Below are positions 27,684 to 37,571 of a stretch of 64,000 nucleotides of DNA, piece after piece (within the stretch, counting starts at the first letter, position 1; the number at the start of each line of letters is the position of its first letter). Position numbers and translations under genes: made by a program. The stretch spans positions 32,001 to 96,000 of the forward strand of contig JBGAML010000014.1 of NCBI GenBank assembly GCA_044223005.1. Reading direction: 5' to 3'. Source of the DNA: Candidatus Eiseniibacteriota bacterium. GTDB lineage: Bacteria > Eisenbacteria > RBG-16-71-46. The notes under the pieces were generated by a model. The model had not been told where the DNA came from. It did no database searches and saw only the letters and a program-made list of their open reading frames with translations.

Positions 27684-27963
27684 GGGGGTCCTCGGGGTCG
27701 GCGTCGCGGCGGCGGCCGTCGCGGCGGAAACGGTGGACGTGGGGCACGACGGCCCGAACACTGACCGCCATCATGTCACGCGGCCTGCCCTCTCTGCATG
27801 ATCCGCGGCCCGCCCGCTCGAATCGACGACCGCAACCCGTTGCCGCACAACGCGTCACGACCCATGCCGAAACGGCACGCCCTCTGCTCTCACGCATTCG
27901 TGTGCATTCCGGCCCCGCTGCCCCCGTGGCAGGGCCCGCCGCGAACCGAGGGAGTCCTCCGCC

Positions 27964-29577
27964 ATGCCGTCGCGAATCCTGTTGGGAGACGAGGCCGTCG
28001 CGCTCGGGGCGATCCATGCCGGGCTGACCGCCGCCTACGCCTACCCGGGCACGCCGTCCACCGAGATCACCGAGTTCCTGCTCGACCACCAGGCCCGCCA
28101 CGGCGGGCCGCATGCGGCTTGGTGCGCGAACGAGAAGACGGCCTACGAGGCCGCGCTCGGCACCTGCTTCGCGGGCCGGCGCGCGCTCGTGTCGATGAAG
28201 CACGTCGGGCTCAACGTGGCCGCGGACCCGTTCATGAACTCGGCGCTGGTCTCGACGCACGGCGGCCTGGTCGTGGCCGTGGCCGACGACCCGGGCATGC
28301 ACAGCTCGCAGAACGAACAGGACACGCGCTGGTACGCCGACTTCGCGCGCGTGCCGTGCCTCGAGCCGGCGACGCAGCAGGAGGCGTACGACATGACGCG
28401 CGAGGCGTTCGAGCTCTCGGAGCGCTTCGGCGTGCCGGTGGTCATGCGCCTCGTCACGCGGCTCTCGCACAGCCGCACGATGGTCGAGACGCGGGACGCG
28501 CGCGAGCCCAACCCGATCCGCAAGGCGCCGCAGAAGAACACGTGGGTGCTGCTGCCGGGCAACGCGCGCAAGCAGTGGGCGTCCCTGCTCGAGAAGCAGG
28601 CCGAGATCTCCGAGACCATGGCGAACTCGCCGTGGAACCCGCTCGTGCTGAACGCCGCCCGGCGCGACCTCGGCATCATCACCACCGGTATCGCGCGCAA
28701 CTACCTGCGCGAGAACCTCGCCGACCTGGGCTGGGAACCGTCGCACCTGCACATCGGCGCGTACCCGATTCCCGCCGACAAGGTGCGCGCGCTGGCGGCA
28801 CACTGCGAGCGGGTGCTGGTGCTCGAGGACGGCTATCCCTACGTCGAGCGGCTCATGCGCGGACTCCTGCCCACGAACACGCCGGTGCTCGGCCGCATGA
28901 GCGGCGACGTGCCGGCCGCGGGCGAGCTCTCGCCCGAGATCGTGCGCAAGTCGCTCGGCATCGCACCGCGGCCCGCGATGGGGCTCGAAGGCCTGGTGCT
29001 CCCCAACCGCCCACCGCAGCTCTGCCAGGGCTGCCCGCACGGCCACGCGTACAACGCGCTCAAGGAAGCGCTCGCGGGCTATGGCGCCACGATGGTCACC
29101 GCGGACATCGGCTGCTACACGCTGGGCGCGCTGCCGCCGTGGTCGGCGATCGAGTCCTGCGTCTGCATGGGCGCCTCGATCGGCATGGCGCGCGGTGCGG
29201 CCGAAGCGGGCTTCTCACCCGTCGTGGCCGTGATCGGCGACGGCACGTTCATGCATTCGGGCGTGCCGGGCCTCGTGGACGCCGCAGCGGCGAACGCGAA
29301 CATGACCCTGATCATCCTCGACAACCAGGCGACGGCGATGACGGGCGTGCAGGATCCGCTCGTGCCCTCCTCCCGCCTGCGCGACCTCGTGCTGGGCGCG
29401 GGCGTCGACCCGGCGCACCTGCACGTGGTCGACGCGCACCCGCGCAAGGTGCACGAGAACGCCGCGGTGCTGAAGGGCGAGATGGACCACGTGGGGCTCT
29501 CGGTGGTGATCGCGGTGCGCGAATGCAAGGTGGCCGCGAAGAAGCGCGCGCGGAACGCAGAGGTGGTGGCGTCATGA
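27964..29577 (+). CDS. iorA: Indolepyruvate:ferredoxin oxidoreductase alpha subunit (short form)
   Basis: YPGTPSTE, NEKTAYE, MKHVGLNVAADP, SSQNEQD, CQGCPH, DIGCY, GDGTFMHSG. Confidence 0.93.
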   Translation: MPSRILLGDEAVALGAIHAGLTAAYAYPGTPSTEITEFLLDHQARHGGPHAAWCANEKTAYEAALGTCFAGRRALVSMKHVGLNVAADPFMNSALVSTHGGLVVAVADDPGMHSSQNEQDTRWYADFARVPCLEPATQQEAYDMTREAFELSERFGVPVVMRLVTRLSHSRTMVETRDAREPNPIRKAPQKNTWVLLPGNARKQWASLLEKQAEISETMANSPWNPLVLNAARRDLGIITTGIARNYLRENLADLGWEPSHLHIGAYPIPADKVRALAAHCERVLVLEDGYPYVERLMRGLLPTNTPVLGRMSGDVPAAGELSPEIVRKSLGIAPRPAMGLEGLVLPNRPPQLCQGCPHGHAYNALKEALAGYGATMVTADIGCYTLGALPPWSAIESCVCMGASIGMARGAAEAGFSPVVAVIGDGTFMHSGVPGLVDAAAANANMTLIILDNQATAMTGVQDPLVPSSRLRDLVLGAGVDPAHLHVVDAHPRKVHENAAVLKGEMDHVGLSVVIAVRECKVAAKKRARNAEVVAS

Positions 29578-30146
29578 AGTACGACATCGTGCTGGCGGGC
29601 GTGGGCGGACAGGGCGTGCTGTCGATGGCGGCGCTGATCGGCCGCGCGGCGATGACCGAGGGGTTGCACGCCAAGCAGTCCGAAGTGCACGGGATGGCGC
29701 AGCGCGGCGGTGCCGTGCAGGCGCACCTGCGGCTCTCGGACGGTCCGATCGAGAGTGACCTGATCCCGCAGGGCGCGGCCGACCTGATCCTCTCGCTCGA
29801 GCCGATCGAATCGTTGCGCTACGTCGCGTGGCTGTCGCCGCAGGGCACGCTCGTGACCTCGGCCAACGCCTTCGTGAACATTCCCGACTACCCGGACACG
29901 GAGACGATCCTGCAGCGCATCCGCGCCCTGCCACACGCGATCGTGGTCGAGGCCGAACGGCTCGCCGAGGAGTCGGGCGACGTGCTCGCGGTGAACACGG
30001 TGATGGTGGGTGCGGCGTCCCACCGGCTGCCGGTCCAGCCGGAGTCGCTGGTGCAGGCGGTCGAGGCGACGTTCGCGCGCAAGGGTGAAGCGACGCTGGC
30101 GGCCAACCGCGCGGCCTTCGCCGCGGGGAGGCGGGCCGCCCAGTGA
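29574..30146 (+). CDS. iorB: Indolepyruvate:ferredoxin oxidoreductase beta subunit
   Basis: LAGVGGQG, SEVHGMAQRGG; ATGA overlap with iorA. Confidence 0.93.
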   Translation: MKYDIVLAGVGGQGVLSMAALIGRAAMTEGLHAKQSEVHGMAQRGGAVQAHLRLSDGPIESDLIPQGAADLILSLEPIESLRYVAWLSPQGTLVTSANAFVNIPDYPDTETILQRIRALPHAIVVEAERLAEESGDVLAVNTVMVGAASHRLPVQPESLVQAVEATFARKGEATLAANRAAFAAGRRAAQ

Positions 30147-32404
30147 ACGCACGTTCGGCATCGCCCGCCGCAGCTCCGACGCTCGGTTCGATCCTCGAAC
30201 GCGCCAGCCGCCGCCCCGAAGGCGTGCTGCTGGAGCCCGAAGGCCTCGACATCCTCGGCCTGCTCGGCTTCGATCTCCCCCGCCGCGTGCTCGCACGCGA
30301 CGCGGCGGAAATCGCGCGCATGCCGTGGCCATCGGTGCCGGGCGAGCGCGTGGTGCTCAAGGCGGTCTCGCCGCAGCTGCCGCACAAGACGGACGCGGGC
30401 GCGGTGGCCGTGCTGCCCAACCGCTCCACCACCGTCGCGGCGGCGGCGCGCGAGATGGAACTGCGGCTCGGCGACAAGGGCCTGCAGGGCTTCCTGCTCT
30501 GCGAGTTCGTGCCGCACGCGAGCGGCCCCGGCTCGGAGTTCCTGCTCGGCCTGCGCCACACGCGCGACTTCGGCCCGGTGGTGACGCTGGGCCCCGGCGG
30601 CGTGCACGCGGAGTTCCTGGCCCGCGCGCTGCGCGACGGCGAGTCGCTGGCGGTGTTCGCGCCCGAGCTGGCGCGCGAGCGCGTGCTCGAGGAGACGATC
30701 GCCCGCTTCGCCCCCGCCCGGCTCGCGACCGAGCCGCAGCGCGGCCAGAAGCCGCTGCTGCCGCGCGAGGCGCTGATCGATGCGGTGCGCCGCATGCTCA
30801 AGCTGGCGCGCGCACGCGAGGCGAGCGCGATCGCCGAGTTCGAGGTGAACCCGCTCGTCGTCTCCGACGGCCGCCTGGTGGCGCTGGACGCGCTGGGCTC
30901 GTTCGCGAGCGTGCGCGAGCTGCCGGCGCCGCCGCGCCCCGTGCACCGCGTGCGGGCGCTGCTCGAGCCGCGCTCGATCGCCGTGATGGGCGTTTCCGAG
31001 AAGAACCTGAACCCCGGACGCATCATCCTGCAGAACGTGCTGCGTGAGGGGTTCGACGCCGAGGCGATCACGGTCGTGAAACCCGACGCGGACCGCATCG
31101 ACGGCTGCCGCTGCGTGGGTTCGCTCGCCGACCTGCCCGAGCCGGTCGACCTGCTGGTGCTGAGCGTCTCGGCCGCGCAGGCCGTGGAGGCGCTGATCGA
31201 GACCGCCGAGCAGCACCGCGCCGAGAGCGTGGTGCTGATCCCGGGCGGGCTCGACGAGAACCCGGACGCGAAGCCGCTGGTGGCCGAGATGCGCGACGCG
31301 CTCGCGCGGGCGCGCGCGACCGCCTGGGGCGGCCCGGTGGTGAACGGCGGCAACTGCCTCGGCGTGCGCTCGCGCCCGGGGCGCTTCGATACGCTGTTCA
31401 TTCCCGAGAGCAAGCTGCCGCGCCCGCTGACGGAGCCGGACCCGCTCGCGATGGTGACGGGCAGCGGCGCGTTCGCGGTGAGCAAGACGAGCAAGCTGGC
31501 CGACGTCCAGCCGCTCTACACGATCACGATCGGCAACCAGATGGACCTGACGGTGGCCGACTACCTCGAGTACCTGATCGAGGACCGGCGCGTCGAGGCG
31601 GTGGCGATCTACCTCGAGGGCTTCCGGCCGCTGGACGGCGCCCGCTTCACGCGCATCGTGGAGTCGTTCGTGCGCGAGGGCCGTCCGGTCATCCTCTACC
31701 TCGCGGGCCGCACGTCCGCAGGTGCCGCGGCCGCCGCCAGCCACACGGCGGCGGTCGCCGGCGACTTCACCGTGGCGCGCGCGCTCGCGCGTGCGGCGGG
31801 CGCCGTGGTGGCCGAGACGCTGGACGACTTCGAGGACCTCGTCCGGCTCTTCACGCGACTGCGCGGCCGCGCGCCGGAAGGCATGCGGCTCGGGGCGATG
31901 TCCAACGCCGGCTTCGAGGCGGTGGCGATCGCGGACCGCCTGGGCTCGTTCACGCTCGCGCCCTTCGCCGACGCGACGCGCGCGAAGCTGGACGCGACGC
32001 TCGCGAAGGCGAGGCTCGCGGGCATCGTGGCGACGCGGAATCCGATGGACGTGACGCCGCTGCTGGGCGACGAGGGCTACGAGACGATCGTGCGTGCGCT
32101 GCTCGACGATCCCGGCGTGGACGCTGCGGTGATCGGCTGCGTGCCGATGACGCAGGCCTTGAACACGCTCGCCGCAGGCCCCGGCCACGGCGACGACGTG
32201 ACGCGCGCGGGCGGCATCGTGGACCGGTTCGCGAAGCTCTGGCGCGAGCACGTAAAGCCCTGGGTCGTGATCGTCGACGCGGGCCCGCTGTACGATCCGA
32301 TGGCGCGCGCACTCGAAGCCGCCGGCATCCCGACGTTCCGCACCGCCGACCGCGCACTGCGGCTCTTCGGGACCTGGTGCGACGTGATGCGGCAGAAGCT
32401 CTAG
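30143..32404 (+). CDS. Acyl-CoA synthetase (ADP-forming), ATP-grasp first then CoA-binding domain
   Basis: HKTDAGAV, DFGPVV, EFEVNPL; PRSIAVMGVS, GGNCLG, SHTAAVAG phospho-His, NPMDVT. Confidence 0.85.
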   Translation: MNARSASPAAAPTLGSILERASRRPEGVLLEPEGLDILGLLGFDLPRRVLARDAAEIARMPWPSVPGERVVLKAVSPQLPHKTDAGAVAVLPNRSTTVAAAAREMELRLGDKGLQGFLLCEFVPHASGPGSEFLLGLRHTRDFGPVVTLGPGGVHAEFLARALRDGESLAVFAPELARERVLEETIARFAPARLATEPQRGQKPLLPREALIDAVRRMLKLARAREASAIAEFEVNPLVVSDGRLVALDALGSFASVRELPAPPRPVHRVRALLEPRSIAVMGVSEKNLNPGRIILQNVLREGFDAEAITVVKPDADRIDGCRCVGSLADLPEPVDLLVLSVSAAQAVEALIETAEQHRAESVVLIPGGLDENPDAKPLVAEMRDALARARATAWGGPVVNGGNCLGVRSRPGRFDTLFIPESKLPRPLTEPDPLAMVTGSGAFAVSKTSKLADVQPLYTITIGNQMDLTVADYLEYLIEDRRVEAVAIYLEGFRPLDGARFTRIVESFVREGRPVILYLAGRTSAGAAAAASHTAAVAGDFTVARALARAAGAVVAETLDDFEDLVRLFTRLRGRAPEGMRLGAMSNAGFEAVAIADRLGSFTLAPFADATRAKLDATLAKARLAGIVATRNPMDVTPLLGDEGYETIVRALLDDPGVDAAVIGCVPMTQALNTLAAGPGHGDDVTRAGGIVDRFAKLWREHVKPWVVIVDAGPLYDPMARALEAAGIPTFRTADRALRLFGTWCDVMRQKL

Positions 32405-32493
32405 AATCACGGCTCGCATACGACTCTTCCCGCGCCCGCGCGGCTCACACCGCCGCGGGCGCGTTTCGCACGCTGGAATCCCGAGGTTCTCGC

Positions 32494-33561
32494 ATGAGCA
32501 CGGCCACACTCTTCTCGCCACTTCGCCAACGCACGCTGGCGCTGCGCAATCGCATCATCGTCTCCCCCATGTGCCAGTACTCGGGCCGCGATGGGCTCGC
32601 GCAGGACTGGCACCTGGTGCACTACGGCGCGTTCGCCGCGGGTGGCGCAGGCGTGGTCATGCAGGAAGCGACGTCGGTGCTGCCCGAAGGCCGCATCTCC
32701 CCCGGCGATCTCGGGATCTGGACCGACGAGCAGGCGCGCTCGTTCGCGCCGATCACGCGCTTCGTCGACTCGCAGGGCGCGATCCCCGCGATCCAGCTCG
32801 CGCACGCGGGCCGCAAGGCGTGCACTGGGGCGCCCTGGGAAGGCGGCGGCCCCGTGAGCCGCGAGGCCGGTGGCTGGGACGTGGTGGGGCCGTCGGCGAC
32901 GCCGTGGAACGAGGGCTACCCCGTGCCTGCGGCGTTGGATGAAAGCGCCATCGAGCGCGTGATCGAAGCGTTCCGAGTCGGCGCACGGCGCGCCCTGGCC
33001 GCGGGCTTCAAGGTCGCCGAGATTCATGGCGCGCACGGCTACCTGGCGCACCAGTTCCTGTCCCCGCTCGTGAATACTCGTACCGATCGCTGGGGAGGCT
33101 CATTCGAGAATCGCACGCGCTTCGTGCTCGAAGTGACGCGCGCCGTGCGCGGCGAGTGGCCCGAGGAGCTGCCCGTGTGGGTGCGGCTCTCGGCCACCGA
33201 CTGGGCCGACGGCGGCTGGGACGTGGAGCAGACCGTGCGGCTCTCGGCGCAGCTGCGCGAGCTCGGCGTGGACCTGATCGACGTCTCGAGCGGCGGCGTG
33301 GTGCCGTGGCAGAAGATCGCGCTCGGTCCCGGCTACCAGGTGCCGTTCGCCGAACGCGTGAAGCGCGAAGCCGGCATCGCCACGGGCGCCGTCGGCCTGA
33401 TCACGCAGCCGGAGCAGGCCGAAGCGATCGTGCGCGACGGTCAGGCCGACGTCGTCCTGCTCGCCCGCGAACTCTTGCGCGACCCACACTGGCCGCTGCG
33501 CGCCGCGAAGGCGCTCGGCGCGGACGTCGCGTGGCCGAAGCAGTACGCGCGGGCGAAGTAG
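32494..33561 (+). CDS. NADH:flavin oxidoreductase (old yellow enzyme, YqjM/NamA type)
   Basis: SPMCQYS, IQLAHAGRK, HGAHGYL, QYARA. Confidence 0.92.
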   Translation: MSTATLFSPLRQRTLALRNRIIVSPMCQYSGRDGLAQDWHLVHYGAFAAGGAGVVMQEATSVLPEGRISPGDLGIWTDEQARSFAPITRFVDSQGAIPAIQLAHAGRKACTGAPWEGGGPVSREAGGWDVVGPSATPWNEGYPVPAALDESAIERVIEAFRVGARRALAAGFKVAEIHGAHGYLAHQFLSPLVNTRTDRWGGSFENRTRFVLEVTRAVRGEWPEELPVWVRLSATDWADGGWDVEQTVRLSAQLRELGVDLIDVSSGGVVPWQKIALGPGYQVPFAERVKREAGIATGAVGLITQPEQAEAIVRDGQADVVLLARELLRDPHWPLRAAKALGADVAWPKQYARAK

Positions 33562-33628
33562 GCGCGAGACACCGGCATGAGCACGCGCGTCGGCCCAACG
33601 CCCCACGAATAGGCCGCATGACACTCCC

Positions 33629-33664
33629 CGGACCTGTACCCGCCCCGGGGCGGGTACAGGTCCG
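33629..33664. repeat. Perfect 36-bp palindrome
   Basis: CGGACCTGTACCCGCCCC|GGGGCGGGTACAGGTCCG. Confidence 0.85.
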
Positions 33665-33784
33665 AGTGTTGTCACGCGAGTGCGCGCTTGTTCGACGCCA
33701 GCGAACGAAACATGCCTTGAGGCATGTTGGACACGCTCGCGCGAGGCCGTGCGCACACGAGCGCCTGAGCACCAAGCAATCGCC

Positions 33785-33822
33785 ATAAACAAATCGCCGG
33801 ACGGGATCGCTCCCGTCCGGCG
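33785..33822 (-). terminator. Intrinsic terminator of the POR-type operon
   Basis: 12-bp stem 33795-33822 with GCGA loop (minus strand), followed by ATTTGTTTAT. Confidence 0.65.
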
Positions 33823-33880
33823 TTCGCGCGTGCGGCAGAAACTGCCGTGGACCGCAGGAATACTCTTGCAGCAAGAACGG

Positions 33881-34891
33881 CTACTTCAGCGCTGCCAGCG
33901 AGTACATCCGCTCCACGTTGGACTGCACCCAGCCGCGGAGGCGTTCGATGTTCTCTTCCTGGCCGGGCTTGACCTTGATCTCGCCCGTCGACTTGTCCTT
34001 GCCGACCAGGTGGGCGAAGCGGCGCTGCTCGCCGAGGAACTGTTCGATGCTGGGTCGCTCGGAAGCGTCCAGCGAACAATCCTTCACAGAGCCGCCCTTG
34101 CCCTTCTCCCAGACGAACGCCGGGAACACGCCCGAGCGCGCGCCGAGGAGCGCCAGTTCGACCGTCTGCCCGTCCTCGAACTTCCACCCGGAGATGCAGG
34201 GCGCCGGGATGAAGATCACCGCCGTGCCCTCGACTTCGAGCGAGCGCTCGATGGTCTTCACGAACATCTTGCCGTGCGCGGGCGAGAGCTGGGCGACCAT
34301 GCCCGCCCCTGCCGCGATGGCGAGGTGGATGTAATCGAGCGGCGGGTTCAGGTTGCCGGGCGCGCCGTCCGCGGGCGTGGTGCTGGTGTCCGCGTAGGGC
34401 ATCGTGGCCGGGCTGTACTGGAACCCCGTGTTGGCGAAGATCTCGTTCACGAGCACGACGATCGTGATCCGCGCGCGGCGGTGGATCGTGTGCAGCAGGC
34501 TGCGCAGGCCGATGGCCAGCGAGCCGCCGTCACCGGCCGCGGAGATGATCTGCACCGGACGCTCGAGAGCGCCGATGGTCGTCAGCTGGTCCGCCACGTC
34601 GCGCGTCGCTTCGGCCAGCGTCGGCGCCGATTCGAACACGTTGTGGAGGATCGCGAACGACTTGGACCAGTCGTCCGATGGCTCGTCGCCACGGCCCCAC
34701 GCCACGACGTTCGGGAACGCCAGCGTGGAGACCTCGGCGCACGAGGTGCCGATCGAGAAGATCGTCTTGATGCCGTTGTCCGTCACGCGGCCGATGTTCT
34801 GGAACGCGACCGACTCCATGCAGCCGGGACAGAGCGTCGAGCCGGGCCGGAAGCAGCTCTCCTTCAGCGCGGTTTCCTTGTAGCCGCTCAT
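33881..34891 (-). CDS. 2-oxoacid:ferredoxin oxidoreductase beta (TPP-binding), POR-type
   Basis: LCPGC, GTSC, GDGG...NEIFANTGFQ, PCISGW. Confidence 0.82.
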   Translation of the reverse strand: MSGYKETALKESCFRPGSTLCPGCMESVAFQNIGRVTDNGIKTIFSIGTSCAEVSTLAFPNVVAWGRGDEPSDDWSKSFAILHNVFESAPTLAEATRDVADQLTTIGALERPVQIISAAGDGGSLAIGLRSLLHTIHRRARITIVVLVNEIFANTGFQYSPATMPYADTSTTPADGAPGNLNPPLDYIHLAIAAGAGMVAQLSPAHGKMFVKTIERSLEVEGTAVIFIPAPCISGWKFEDGQTVELALLGARSGVFPAFVWEKGKGGSVKDCSLDASERPSIEQFLGEQRRFAHLVGKDKSTGEIKVKPGQEENIERLRGWVQSNVERMYSLAALK

Positions 34892-36216
34892 AGCCTCGCT
34901 CCTTCGTGGAAGACCATGTAGGGCTGCTTCGGAGCCGCGGTGAGCGCGTCGCGCCCTTCGTCGAGCATCGCTTCCCAGGTCGCCTCGGACACGTCCGCGC
35001 CGCCCATGCCGGCGAAGGCGCTGACGATGCGCGGCGGGTTGTCCACACCGGACAGCGCGTCGGCGATGTCCAGCGTGAGGTGGCCGCGGCCCGAGTGGTG
35101 CGCCTGGTTCACGACCAGCACGACCTTGGCCTTCGCGAGCCGCTTGCGGACGGCTTCGCGCGGGAACGGATTCAGCAGGCGGATGGCGATGCCGGCGACA
35201 CTCTTGCCATTCTTCGCCGCCCACGCCTCGCGCACCGACTCGAACGTGCCGAAGTCGGGGCCCATGCTGACGACGGCCACGTCGACCGATTCGTCACCGC
35301 GGAAACCCACTTCGTCGAAGAACGCGAGGCCGGGCCGCCCGAACGTGCGCTCGAAATCGGCGCCGATCTGGGGCAGCAGCTCGAGCACGTTCTCGATGCG
35401 CCGCTTCTGCGCGATCTTGAAGCCCTGGAACCACCGGCTCGTCACGCAGTTGCCCATGGCCGTGTCGCCGTTGATGGTGCCGGGCAGCACGCAGGGCTTG
35501 ATCCAGCGGTCCTGGAACGCGTTCACGTCGGCGTCCGACTCGATCCACAGCTTGGCGTTCCGGTGGCTGTCCTTGATGCCGTAGTAGCCGGGCATCGTCG
35601 GGGTCATCACGTCCGGATGCATGCCGAGGCAGGGCGCCTGGATCACGGTGTCGTAGATCTGCTGCTTGCCGCGCGCGCAGATCTGGATGAAGCCGTCGTC
35701 CCGGTGCGCGAGTGCGTCCGACGGATCGCCCTCGATGCACAGCGGGAAGTTGGCCGTCGCGCGATAGACGTTCACGATCATGACGTTGCCGAACCCCGAC
35801 GCGCCCAGCGAGCGCGTGGTCTCGGTCATGTGATCGAGGCCCACCGAGCTGGTCGCCGTGGAGACGATCAGGTCGCGGCAGGCGCCGGCCGAGCCGACCA
35901 TGTAGTCGGCGACGGCGTGCTCGGCCTCGAGCAGCTTGACGCGCTTGGCCGTGCCCTTCTGGGCGCCCACCTTCGCCGCCACGGTCTCGATCCACTTGGT
36001 CGAGGGCGTGATCGGGAAGCCGGGATAGATGATCGCGCGCCACATCTGCAGCGTCGCGATCGCGGCGGCCGTGTTGCCGTCGGCCGTCAGCGCTTCGCGC
36101 GTCGTGTAGAAGGGCACGTGCGCCGCCCGCACCTTCGCGAGGTCGATGATGCCGTCGTACCGCTCACCCGACGGCGTCGCGACCCGCGAGACGGGCCCCA
36201 ACGTGGACGTGCTCAT
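34888..36216 (-). CDS. 2-oxoacid:ferredoxin oxidoreductase alpha, POR-type
   Basis: DGNTAAA, FPITPST, EAEHA, TATSSVGL, RLLNPFP, GMGGADV. Confidence 0.82.
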   Translation of the reverse strand: MSTSTLGPVSRVATPSGERYDGIIDLAKVRAAHVPFYTTREALTADGNTAAAIATLQMWRAIIYPGFPITPSTKWIETVAAKVGAQKGTAKRVKLLEAEHAVADYMVGSAGACRDLIVSTATSSVGLDHMTETTRSLGASGFGNVMIVNVYRATANFPLCIEGDPSDALAHRDDGFIQICARGKQQIYDTVIQAPCLGMHPDVMTPTMPGYYGIKDSHRNAKLWIESDADVNAFQDRWIKPCVLPGTINGDTAMGNCVTSRWFQGFKIAQKRRIENVLELLPQIGADFERTFGRPGLAFFDEVGFRGDESVDVAVVSMGPDFGTFESVREAWAAKNGKSVAGIAIRLLNPFPREAVRKRLAKAKVVLVVNQAHHSGRGHLTLDIADALSGVDNPPRIVSAFAGMGGADVSEATWEAMLDEGRDALTAAPKQPYMVFHEGARL

Positions 36217-37196
36217 TTGGTGACCTCCTCGGCCGGAGCGTCGTCCCAGGACTCTTCGTACTTGCCTTCCTTGAAGAGCTTCTCCGGGCAGATCTCGATG
36301 CATTCGCCGCAGAGCTTGCAGAACTGGCTCACGTCCGCACCCGTGACGAGCACGCCGCGCGCCTCGTCCGGCTGCCAGCGAATGATGCCTTCGGGGCAGT
36401 TCGTGATGCAGTGCGAGCAGCCCGTGCAGGCGAGGTTCGGGTCCTCGAACACCAGCCGGAAGCCGCTCCGCGCGTAGGTCGAGGTCTTGTTGGTCTGGGC
36501 GAGGCGCAGGCGCGTCTGGGCGCCGAGCGGCAGCTCGCCGTAGCCCGCGAACGCGGTGCTCTGGTGATCGCCGGGGCGGGCCTCGTCGAAGATGCCGGAA
36601 CGGATCGCGTCCTTGGTGGCCAGCAGCGCTTCCCGGTTGCGCTCGATGAGCACGTCCGGGATGCGGCGCTTCTTGAGCTGGCCGAGGAACACGTCGACGA
36701 CCGTCTGCACGGGCAGGCCACCGATGGCCTCGACCATGGCGACGTACGCGGAGACGTTGCCGATCGCGTGCTTGAGGTGCTTGGTGCCGATGTCGTCACC
36801 GGGCACCGTCATGACGCGGCCGGAGAGGTGGAAGTGCTTCGCGCACTCCTCGGGCGTGCGGCGCGTGTTGATCACGAAGGTGCCGCCGTGCGGCACGCCG
36901 TCGGCGAAGTCGGTGGCCTGGGCAGCCGCCTCGTCCATGAGCAGCGTCACGACGGGCCGCGTCACTTCGCAGCCGACGTCGATCGGCTTCGCGCTCACGC
37001 GCAGGAACGAACGGATGTTCGCACCTCGGCGCGCGGAGCTGAAAAAGGGCCATTCCTGGACGTGGCTGTCGGGAAGGCTCGAGAAGAGGGCCGCCAGGCT
37101 CTGGAACGCCAGGACCAGCCCTCCACCCGCCTTGCCGTCGCCACGGACCTCGAGAACGCCCTCCTCGAGGATCTTCCGGGGCTCGAGCACTCGCAT
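36213..37196 (-). CDS. 2-oxoacid:ferredoxin oxidoreductase gamma-delta fusion
   Basis: PFFSSARRGA gamma motif; C-terminal CTGCSHCITNCP and CKLCGECIEICP. Confidence 0.82.
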   Translation of the reverse strand: MRVLEPRKILEEGVLEVRGDGKAGGGLVLAFQSLAALFSSLPDSHVQEWPFFSSARRGANIRSFLRVSAKPIDVGCEVTRPVVTLLMDEAAAQATDFADGVPHGGTFVINTRRTPEECAKHFHLSGRVMTVPGDDIGTKHLKHAIGNVSAYVAMVEAIGGLPVQTVVDVFLGQLKKRRIPDVLIERNREALLATKDAIRSGIFDEARPGDHQSTAFAGYGELPLGAQTRLRLAQTNKTSTYARSGFRLVFEDPNLACTGCSHCITNCPEGIIRWQPDEARGVLVTGADVSQFCKLCGECIEICPEKLFKEGKYEESWDDAPAEEVTK

Positions 37197-37203
37197 GATC
37201 GGC

Positions 37204-37413
37204 CTACTTCTTCTTCCAGAGGATCGCCTTGCCAGGACAATCCGTCATGATTTGCTGAACCTTTGGCATGAGGGCCTCGTCGAGCGCCCACTGGTAAACC
37301 TCGGCGACTTCTTCACCTTCGACCTTGCGGAACGCCTGCGGCACGGCCTTGATGCAGTCGCCGCATTCGGTGCAAAGGTCTTGATCGACAAAGAATTCGG
37401 GCAGCTGGCCCAT
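37204..37413 (-). CDS. Single-cluster ferredoxin
   Basis: VDQDLCTECGDC...DCPGKAI. Confidence 0.85.
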   Translation of the reverse strand: MGQLPEFFVDQDLCTECGDCIKAVPQAFRKVEGEEVAEVYQWALDEALMPKVQQIMTDCPGKAILWKKK

Positions 37414-37571
37414 GGAACTATCTCCTCTCGTTTTTCGGCTGGTTCCACTCCCAACCGGCGGAATCGCCGGACGCAGGAGGATCCCTCGCATAACCTATGC
37501 TAGATCGGGTGGTGAAACGCTCAATTCACGCTGGCGAGCCGTATTCGATCCATCCGGAGGACAGCCGCCCG

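Noticed and set aside
37512..37529. Definite Rex or CRP/FNR site
   Set aside because: Half-site spacing matches neither consensus.
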